A DNA stretch of 64,000 bases, taken from NCBI RefSeq assembly GCF_009914755.1, contig NC_060932.1. One strand, 5' to 3'. Origin of the DNA: the human T2T-CHM13v2.0 reference genome, Homo sapiens. The notes under the pieces are model-generated. The model was not told the origin of the DNA. It worked only from the letters and a program-made list of their open reading frames with translations, and made no database searches. This document shows, piece by piece, positions 29,161 to 40,822 of this stretch. How positions within the stretch are numbered: the first letter of the stretch is position 1; every line of letters starts with the position of its first letter. Position numbers and translations under genes: made by a program.

Positions 29161-30089
29161 AAAGCCACTGGTTTATTGCATGGTGCAGTAATGATCCTCT
29201 GTACTCCTTCTGAATGGTGGCACCAACCTTTTGCTGAAATTTTAGTGACAATTTCCGATGTATGCCAAAATTAAGAACTCAGACACAAGGCATATACTTT
29301 GCGGTAATGTGGGTTGTGGGTAGGTATATCTGGGTACTCAGGACATTTGACTACCCATGTTGGGACTTAGCTTAGGCTCTGCACTCCAGCCAGGGACTGA
29401 TGGGGGCCTGTGTCTTAAGAAGCACCCATTGTGATTTGCTGGCATACTTGTGATGCCAGAGGGTTGGCCTGCGGCAGGCAGGAATGACACCAGGGACTTT
29501 AGGCAATGAATCTGGGAACCCCAGTGGGGAGGTTGCCTCATGGGAAATCCATCTAGAGCAGGAGAAACATAGATACTGGGTGACAAGGGCAGGAAAAGAG
29601 GAGAATTGTGGGCCAGGCAGGGAAACTGGGCAGGGCTCCCACGCACCAAACTTGTGCTCCAGGCATGTCTGCAAGGCATCATATAGTTAAATCCAGAGAC
29701 TAAGGCATTTCTTTGGCCTGCACTAAAACAGGGTATGCAGAGATTAAGCAAGAAGAGAATTTAAATAGGGGGTAATGTTGATGGCTGGAAGTTATCCCCA
29801 GGGCCCTCCAGGGCCAACTAAATGGGAGCAAAATATACCAAACCACCAGCTCCTCGCTCTTGGGCAACAATTCCTTTCTAAGCCCTACTGAGTGGGGATA
29901 CTGAGGATTCACATGCCCGTTGCTGTAGTCAGGATCGGCCCAGGAACTCAGGTGCCAGTGGGAGCCTTGGGTGGATCCATCTGTAGGGGCGGGGGCAGCA
30001 TTAGGGAAACCAGGGAAACATTGACAGATTATCTTATGAAACTGCACTGCAGCTCCAAATGCCATAAATGTGTTTCGTTTAATTTTTAG

Positions 30090-30170
30090 TCACTCTCCAG
30101 TTCTTCAAGAAATATTCAACAAATGTTGGCAGATTCAATCAATCGTATGAAGGCATATGCATTTCACCAG
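30090..30170 (+). CDS. SH2D4A: SH2D4A coding exon (81 bp, phase 0-0): SLSSSSRNIQQMLADSINRMKAYAFHQ
   Basis: aatttttag acceptor; CAG|gtaaaa donor; 27 open codons joining the exons on either side in frame. Not in the ORF track; read directly from the sequence. Confidence 0.92.
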
Positions 30171-31104
30171 GTAAAAGACTTCCCTTCTGTCCTCCGGGGG
30201 CTGCATACCTAGGCATTTCCACTAATGTTTCACAGATTAGTTAATTAATCTCATGCAGAAATGAAATTAAGCAGCAGGATGGGAAATCTGTCCTAAAAGC
30301 TGCAAACACAGTTCTGCATCTTTACCCGTTTATCTGGAGTTCGGGAAGTGTTGAATGTCATGGAAAGAACAGATGCCAAGTTGTATTAGCTAAACTCCTC
30401 CCAGAAGATCTAACATAGAGGCGGCATCCCAGGCTGCTGCAGACATGGAGGGAAGACTGATTTCAGACAGTGATAAATGGAGCATTACACTTGGCAGAAA
30501 GAGTGAATTCAGATCGAGTTACTTCTGTGCTCTTTGTTTCTGAACCTGTCCCTTGAGGGTGAGCAGCTGCTGTGTCCTCCACATCCACCATGCCTGGAAC
30601 CCCTTCTGGCACTCAGCCCTCTCTCACGTCCATCTAGATGTGACATTCTCCCTCCAGGCCAAGCCCTGCTTCCTCCGTCGTGTGAGCTTGCTATCATGTC
30701 ATAAATTGCTCAAAATAAATGAGGCATAGACTGGTACTTGGAAGCTGTAGTAGGATTTGACCTACCGAGAGTCTGAAACAGCAGCGTAAGATGTGAGCCT
30801 GTGAAGAGAAGGTTCCTGAGATCGGGCTGTGGTGGAGGTCAGGCCAGGGACCTGTGTTCCTGTGGACCATGCCATGAATTCCATGATTCCTCTGAAGGGA
30901 CATGCATGAACTTGCATTTTTAAGACTTCAAGAAATCAGGATGAAGTTGTGGAACTGTAGTCCTGTGTGCATACTGCTGATACAATACATACTTCTTTCT
31001 AAAACAGCAGCAATAGGGGATCTAAAGGACATTTTCATTAATTCTGCTTAGATCTCACTATGTCATTTTAAATGGGGACAGCTGAGGAAGACAAAGGATC
31101 GTAT

Positions 31105-31520
31105 ATTCATCCAAGCAACATTTATTGAGTGTCTACTACACACTAGGCACTGTTATGGGAGTTAGAGACACATTTTATGAAAAAATCAGACAAAATTCCT
31201 GCCTTCAGGGAGCTTATATTCTTCATGGGAGAGAGAGATGATAAACATATCTATGAGGACAGGTAATCACTTATTAAGCACTGCAGAGGAAAATAAAGCA
31301 GTATGAGGGAACTGAAGAATCCTGGGAGGATGGAATTGGGATGGGACAGGTAGTCAGAGAAGGCCACTCTGGGAAGGCAGTATTGGAGCAGAGACCTGAA
31401 GGAAAGAGGGAAGGAGCAATGTGGATGTCTAAGCCATGTGGATGTCTGTTCCAGGCAGAGGGAACAGCAAGTCAAAGACACAGAGGCACTACCTCACTTG
31501 GCATGGTGGGGAAAGGGCTG
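31105..31520 (-). mobile_element. L2 3' fragment
   Basis: ttcatccaagcaacatttattgagtgtctact...ttccaggcagagggaacagc. Confidence 0.75.
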
Positions 31521-33219
31521 ATCATTTGAGAGAATGAATGAGCCAGCTTGCTAAGCTTCTCTGTAGAACAAAGGTGATAAAACAGAGGCATCCTCCTTTG
31601 GGGACACTTGTGAGGCTCTGATGAAGGAATTGGTGGGGAGGCATTCTAAGTGCTTCCATCAACAGGCTGGACAAGAGGCTTTCTGAACGGGCCCAGCGGC
31701 TTTCTATATGGGCCCAGCGTGCCCTTGTTTTCTGGTACTGTTAGCTGAACACATTTTCACAGCTCACACCACACATCTGGGTCTCCACACCTTCCACCCT
31801 GGGCATCTGGATTAGCATCCAGCCTCGGCCCCTCCGCCCCTCCACTCCAAGCCATCACCTGGATTTCCCCATGCCTGGCTGACAGTCCTGAGTCCTGGTC
31901 CAACATGCTTCCAGCAAAACACTGCTGAAAAGGAAATGATGGTCTTCTGAATAGAGAAAGTAAACCATTACAGATTTTGATAAAAGTAAAATTCTCTCAG
32001 AGACGCAGGACAAGTTCCTTACGTTTTCTAGCTTTCTTGAATAAATACGGTGGTCAGGGCCGTATATAGATGGGTAATAGCAGATCTCATCTGCTATTAC
32101 TCTGTGAAACTCGTTAATTTTTCTTCTTTTCCACTGTGCATGTACATAATTACATGCAGATTAAAGGAGTAGATTTATTAAATATAGCTCTGTTAGACAT
32201 TTGAGTAACATCAACCAAGTACTACATCTGTTATTATTAATATTTTTTCTTAGGTAGAATCATGTCATGTTCCAAATTTCTTGCTTATCCTCAGCAACAA
32301 TATCCATGATGATCATAGCTTGATGTTTTCACTATATGTTTCCTAACCGTTTAAAAATAAACACGTATGCATGTGGAAGGATGAACAAAGCTCCACTTTG
32401 AAGCTTTTTCTGTTTAAGCTTAGAAATTGCTAGCAGCACATGTATCTATCTTGGGCTGGCAAACAGCTTCAATCAAAGGATGGCAAATTTTAACAGTCCT
32501 TTCAAACATCAAAGCTGTCCTTTGGATTTTCAAATGTTGGCAAACAAAAGGAGCTTAGCTCTAGGCAGGAAAACAGTGTAAGGAAAAAAAAATGAAAACA
32601 GTAAATGCACAGAAGTTTAGTTACATCTGCAGTGAAGCACAATTTATGAATGATGATTACTTGAACTGTGATTTATGACTGCCCAGAGCGATCAGAAACA
32701 AGTTTCACAATATTAATGTTTATACTTTACGTTGTGGTGACATAATAGCAAGGAAGTCTTTACATTTCTGTGGGAAAGCACAAAATTAAAAAGCTTGTCA
32801 CTTGTGATAGAGAGGTGGGCACAGGCAGCCCTTTCTGGCCATTTCAGTTTGTTTTATTGCTTAGCTAACCAAGGCTTTTATTAGTCCACCAAACTGTAAA
32901 TTCAGTCGTCTTGTGAGCACTCAGAAGGTTGTGTCCAAATAAGCAAAGTACTTTTCAGGTCTAAGTGATTTGGTTTGTTCATTTCTCTTTCGTTTAAAAT
33001 GATTTCCGTTGAATGCTCTTAATGCCAGAAAACAGTACACTAAAAAATGGTTAAGGTGGTAAATTTTGTTATGTGGAATTTTACCCTAAGTTTTAAAAAC
33101 CTAATTCTCCTTTTAAAGGAATATTTACATTTTGAAAGTATTTCTCCCTTCTCAAAAGATGCTTTTGAAAAATATTTTTCTGTTTTTTTTTTTTTTTGAA
33201 ACAAAAAAATACATATTCT

Positions 33220-33513
33220 GGCAGGGTGTGGTGGCTCATGCCTGTAATCACAGCACTTTGGGAGGCTGAGGCAGTGGATCACTTGAGGTCAGAAGTTCGA
33301 GACCAGCCTGGCCAACATGGTGAAACTCCATCTCTTCAAAAAATACAAAAATTACCCAAGTGTGATGGCACTTGCCTGTAATCCCAGCTACTCAGGAGGC
33401 TGAGGCAGGAGAATCGCTTGAACCTGGGAGGCAGAGGTTACAGTGAGCCGAGATTATACCACTGTACTCCAGCCTGGGCGAAGGAGTGAGGCTCCATCTT
33501 AAAAAAATAATAA
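33220..33513 (+). mobile_element. AluS
   Basis: Dimeric Alu. Confidence 0.92.
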
Positions 33514-34089
33514 TGATATATATTTCTTTTGAAACACTTAAAATCATGTAGTAAGTACCACATTTTGGGACACATGACTCGGGGGAGAGATTCAGCTGAG
33601 ATTGCTCTGGGAATGTGCATTTCTTCTGTGGAGTCTGTCAGCTACTGTAAAGTAGGTTGATGCTAGTTCTATGTAATAGTGTGTTTACATCCTTCAGGGA
33701 GTCAGTTTGAAGCAGCTAAGTACTGTGTCTGAGGAAAAGGAATATTTTTTCTTACTATATGTTATACACTGTGCCAGGGACTTCTTAAGTTATCTAATCC
33801 TCAATATAACCCTAAGAAATATTTTTTTCTCATCTTTCTTATGGGGAAACAGCCCAAGAGAGGTTCATTTGTTGCTCCTGGAGTTACACACTAGCTAGCA
33901 ATGGTCAGTCTTACTTCAGGTCTTACTGACTCCAAAGTCCACACTTGATCCTTCCTAGTGGGCCAGAGAGTTAGATAGAAGTCAGCTGTGCCGGGTACCC
34001 CGTCCTTCAGGAAACTGCTGGATTTGCTCACCAAGGTTCTTTTTTTGTTTTGTTTTGTTTTTGTTTTTTTTTGTTTTGTTTTTAAACAG

Positions 34090-34201
34090 AAGAAAGAATC
34101 TATGAAGAAAAAACAAGATGAAGAAATAAATCAAATAGAAGAAGAGAGAACGAAGCAGATTTGTAAGAGCTGGAAAGAAGACTCGGAATGGCAGGCATCT
34201 C
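34090..34201 (+). CDS. SH2D4A: SH2D4A coding exon (112 bp): KKESMKKKQDEEINQIEEERTKQICKSWKEDSEWQAS(L)
   Basis: Long T-rich tract plus aaacag acceptor; TCTC|gtgagt donor; phase 0 in, phase 1 out. Confidence 0.95.
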
Positions 34202-35344
34202 GTGAGTACCCAGAGGTCTCCATAGCACCTTCCAGGCTCTCAGCTGATTCTCTCCCTTAATAATGTGATCAATCTAGAAAGCGCTTAATGTGGGTTGTTG
34301 AGAGATATGTTCACAGTAAGTTACCACTCAAATGTTATTACTAACTTATTACTCAAATGCTTACAGGCTACTTTTGAACAGCAGACTCGTTCTCCATTTA
34401 TTTCTGTATCACCAAAATTATGATGTAATTTATCAAATAGCATGATATATAGCTATGGAAAATAGGTTTTGGAGAGTGTTTAATGATCTTAGACTGTTTA
34501 TATCTCATTAGCTTGGGGAAGAAAAAACACCATGAAATAGAATGAAAAGCTTCGCTATTTAGAAATGTCTAAGTATCTGAAGGAAAAGAACTGGAAGGTT
34601 ATAATAACATGTAAACATTAGTTTTCTTGGAAAGGTGAGATTCAAGATTATTTATTTGAATGTTTTTCTTGTAATTTAATATTGTGTTTTGGATTTTTTT
34701 TCCCCTAAATTTTTGATAGTGAATACATTTTAACTTTGTAATCAGAAGCACACAGGAATACCAGGCTGGATGTGTTAGCATCCCGCTCCTGCCTGTGACC
34801 CAGCCTTGACTCCTATTTGAGTGAGCAGAATGGGTGAGAAAACTCATAGGAGAAGAATAAGCCCATGCAACTGAAGGCAGAGGAGAGGATGCTCCAGAAT
34901 GCTAGAAGAATTAGGTTTGTGAAAGAATTAGTGTTTCCATCTGACTCAGAGAAATCTGAACTGCTAGATCAACCTGAGGTGGCTTGAGGAAGACAGCAGG
35001 TATGGCTATATTTGCAGGATGTTGAGATCCTACATTGATCTGCAGTCCCATTACAACCAATGCCATTTAAATGACAACTACTGTGAAATGAAAATATTTG
35101 CAAGATCCAGTAGGCTCTTTGTACTATGCACTGAAATCCTAGCATAAGGGAATATTTTGGGTGTCTCTTTGAAGTCAAGTATAACAGGATTTGACCAATA
35201 CTGCCTGAAGTGTAAATATAGTCAATAAAAATCATTTTTACATTCTGCATTTGAGTCTCATTGCTATAACAAAAAATTCTGTTTTACAAAGTAGTCATGC
35301 GCTGTATGATGTTTTGGTCAACGATGGGTCGCATATAGTTTTTA

Positions 35345-35815
<471 letters not shown>

Positions 35816-35896
35816 TCACTGAGCACTCACTCACTGACTCATCCCAGAGCAACTTCCAGTCCTGCAAGCTCCATTCATGGTAAGTGCCTTATGTAG

Positions 35897-36279
<383 letters not shown>

Positions 36280-36958
36280 TAGACACACAAATACTCTTGT
36301 GTTACAGTTGCCTTATGATGCATTTCTCAGGATTTATTTCTCTCATTAAGTCACTAGTGACTGTAATATTAAAAGGCAGACTTGGGGTACTTTTTTGTGT
36401 ACTAATGTGTCCTACAATTACCTGTGGTTAAGCATCCCTTTAATTTTTTGTCTGTCAGGTTGCTTCTCATTCTGTCCTGCTCTCTGCTCCTTCACCCTAT
36501 GCACAGCCCCATGCCACTGAGTAGTCCTGATCTCTGCTAGTGAGTCAAGCACACTGCATCTGAACATAAGTCATGCAGGGCGTGACAATTGCCTCTTATT
36601 ACTCAGCACCCCTGCCAGCTTGAACCCATGCTCAGGCGGGGGATCCTCACTTGGTCTTGCCAACTGCAGGAAATTCTTGCACACTTTCTCTACTTCTCTC
36701 TCATCCCTTCTTCCTCCTCTTCCTTTTCTCTCCCTCTCAGAAAACCCCCAGTCCTGTATGAAGAGAGGAATCCTGCAGCGAACGCTGGGCAAGCCCTAAT
36801 GGCCTGGATCATAGGTGTTGATAATGATTGTTCCTTATTATAAGCAGACAACAAACTGCTGAGAACCTGCGCTGCTGCCCGTTGTGCAATGAATGCTGAG
36901 CCTTCTCACCTGCTCTGTGGGCTGATGAGGGTTTTCTCCGACCCCGTTGTTTTTCCAG

Positions 36959-37169
36959 TGCGAAAATCCAAAGCAGCTGATGAGAAGAGACGCTCCTTGG
37001 CTAAACAAGCACGAGAAGACTACAAGAGGTTATCCCTCGGGGCCCAGAAAGGAAGAGGCGGTGAGAGGCTGCAAAGCCCCTTGCGTGTTCCGCAGAAACC
37101 AGAAAGACCTCCCCTTCCACCCAAGCCTCAGTTCCTAAACTCAGGGGCATATCCTCAAAAACCTCTTAG
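36959..37169 (+). CDS. SH2D4A: SH2D4A coding exon (211 bp): (L)RKSKAADEKRRSLAKQAREDYKRLSLGAQKGRGGERLQSPLRVPQKPERPPLPPKPQFLNSGAYPQKPL(R)
   Basis: gtttttccag acceptor; TTAG|gtaaga donor; frame continuous. Confidence 0.95.
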
Positions 37170-39403
37170 GTAAGAAGCCACACAGATGGGTTTATGCATA
37201 AACATTGCAATGGGCTTTGAATAAGCGTTGAAATTAAAGGGGAATTGTATGAGCTGCCATGGGGTGTGGAGGGCCAACTGGCAGCCTGTGTAAGTAGCTC
37301 AGGTTCATGTCTAAGCCTTCTTCCTGGGTGATCTGGGCGGGCATTCCTCCCTTTTTTAGCTGTCAAATGTCCATAGCTGTTATACTTAGTATACCCAGTG
37401 AAATAGTAAAGCTGTGCATGGAATGAGAGAACTTCCCGTGTCCCTACCCCACTCTCCCCTTTCCCTCCCCCGCCCCCCTCCCCCCCAGAGGCAGCCGGTG
37501 AGCCAGTGAGGGGAGAAGAGGAAACAAGTGGGGTTTCACTGATGCCCAAGATCACCCTTAGTCAAAGATTATCAAAGTAGGAACCCAAAGGCTTGCTGAC
37601 TTTCGTGTGATCAGTGGGAGTACATTTTCACTGCCAAGGATTAAAGGTTTGATGGTAATTCTCATTCACGGATACATAGCCAAGTTCCTCTTTTAAGAAT
37701 TTGGAAAGGCTCCTTTTTTAGATGAATTGTCTATTTGGTGGTGGAGATACCATTGTCTGCTAGGCTGTGGAAGAATTAGGAAGAACCATTTGTTCTGGAA
37801 AAACTGTAGAAAAGTGCAATGATGCTATTAAACCCCCATCCCTTATGTTTGCTGATTCTAAATTTTTTTCTGGTTATTGATCTTATTTTTAACATCCTAG
37901 TATTTAGAAAGAAGTATTAAAATCAAATGTTGATTGAAAGAAACAGAATTGTCTAAAGCCTTGCATTCTGAAATAAAAACTAAAAATAATTTGAAATACT
38001 TCTCTAAGATTATGGAGAAATGAAAAATAAGACTCTTCTCCTGCTTGGAGTCGTAGTTATCTTCAAGGTTGTCTTTAAACAGGAGTGATGACCTCAGGGG
38101 AAACACAAAGGCGGATGTTTTTCTTTGCTGTAATTATTTCTACTTACTCTACTGGAAAGTTCCGTTTCGGGAAGTGGGGACCAACGTGGAACTCAGTGGA
38201 GTAAGTGGAAATAATTACAGTAAAGACCATGATCTCCAAAGTGATCGTTTGGGTAATGATTCTTCTCTTACCGACAACAAAGCAAGAAATGTAGTCAGGA
38301 AATAGGAGTCTCTTAATTGTGAGAACAGCTGACAAAGGTGCACACGGCTCTAAGTGCTGGAGCTTGTCTGTGCGCACGTTGGCGACAGAGCCTCAGCAGG
38401 GATGTTTTTGCAGCTAACTCCTGTTCACCGTCTCTTCCAAAGGTAGCATGGAAATGACTTGTAGATGTCCCTGTCCCACAGCATTTTGAAGGACAGTATA
38501 TTTGATTGACAGCAATGAAGGTGGTCTTTAAAAAAGGGCAATTCCTATTTTCAGCTGTGCTCAGTTAGCTCATTTTTTCCAACTGAAGACACTGCATGAA
38601 GTGCTTTTTGTGAGTCAGACTGGGTGGTTTTAGGGCTGGGACTTGACACAGGGATGGCAGAGGTCACCTCAGAGCCACCCCAGGAAAAGACAGACCGGCT
38701 CCTACAGTGTCTGTGGAGTTTTGCTCGATCTCCAAGGACTTCCCAAAAAAGAGCCTAATTTGGAAGCTAGTAAGAGAATGTATAATATAACTTCGTATGT
38801 GTGCAGTGTCTGCCTCCCAGGGAAGTAAATATTATAGGATATTTTCTCGAAAATGCTCCGAAAATCATTAGGGATAATATATACACATACATGCATATGT
38901 ACAACTATATATATATATATATCTGACAGTATGTCACACGTAACTCAGAAGCACATGTTATAAAAAGCGTAAAGAACCATAAGTTGGTCAATTACAATAC
39001 TAGTAGTTCATCGAAACTTGATTGTGGTGGTTGTGTTTCATAAATTGTATTTTGTTTTTAATTGACACAATAATTGTATGTATTTATGGGATACAGTGTG
39101 ATGTTTTGATACATATATATATATTGTGTAGTGATCAAATCAGTATAACTCACATATGAATCACCTCAAACACTTGTCATTTCTTTGTGGTGAGAACATT
39201 CAAAATCCTATCTTTTGGCTGTTTTGAAGTATGTAGTACATTACTGTTGACTGTGGTTACCGTGCTGTGCAGTAGAGCAGCAGAACTTATTTCTGCTGTC
39301 TCACTGTAACTGCGCCAGTTGACCAACCTCTCCCTATTTACCATCCCCCCTACTCTCCCCAGCCTCTGCTAACCACTGTTCCATACTTCTATAAGATCAA
39401 CCT

Positions 39404-39697
<294 letters not shown>

Positions 39698-40682
39698 TCA
39701 ACCTTTTTGATTCCACAGAAGAGTGAGGTCATGCAGTGTTTGTCCTTCTGTGTTTGGCTTATTTCACTTAACAATGTCCTCTAGTTCATCCATTTTGTTG
39801 CAAATGACAGGACATTATTCTTTTTATGGATCTTTTGTTCTCTTTAATTTTTTTGAGGAACTTCATACCGTTGTTTATGATGGTATGCTAATTTATATTC
39901 CTACCATCAGGCAATGAGAGTTCTCCTTTCTCCAGATTCTCACCAGCAATTTTTTTTATTGCAAATGACAGGATATTATACTTTTTATGTCTGAATAATA
40001 TTCTATTGTGTATATACACCACATTTTCTTGATTGATTCATTGTTGGACAACTAGGTTGATTCCATATCTTGGCTATTGTGAATAGTGCTGCAATAAACA
40101 TGGGAGTGCAAGTATCTCTTTGACATACTGATTTCATTTCCTTTTGACGTAGACCCAGTAGTGGGATTGTTGGAGCTTTTGTTCTACTTTTAATTTTTTG
40201 AGAAACTTCATATGGTTGTCTATAATGGTATACTAATTTATATTCTTACTAGCAGGCTATGAGAGTTCTCCTTTCTCTAGATTCTCACCAGCATTTGTTT
40301 TTGGTTTGTCTTTTTGATAACCAAAAATAAAAAACTGGGCAAGGTGATATTGTGGTTTTGATGTGCATTTCCCTGATTAGTGGTATTGGGCATTTTTTTC
40401 GTACACCTGTTGGTCATTCGTATGTCTTCTTTTGAGAAATGCCTATTGAGGTTTTTTCTTATTTGGATTATTTGTTTTTTTGCTATTGAGTTTGAGTTCC
40501 TATATTGATGCTTTGTCAGATACATAGTTTATGAATATTTTCTCCCTTTCTGTAACTTGTCTCTTTACTCTGTTGATTGTTTCCTTTGCTGCAGCAGAAT
40601 CCTTTTTAGCTTGATATAATCCCATTTGTCTATTTTTCTTCGGTTGCCTGTGCTTTTGAGGTGTTACTTTTTAAAAATCTGG

Positions 40683-40822
<140 letters not shown>

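Noticed and set aside
29338-30065. Cluster of 100-137-aa minus-strand ORFs
   Set aside because: Locally higher GC lowers stop-codon frequency; no recognisable protein similarity or processed-pseudogene hallmarks.
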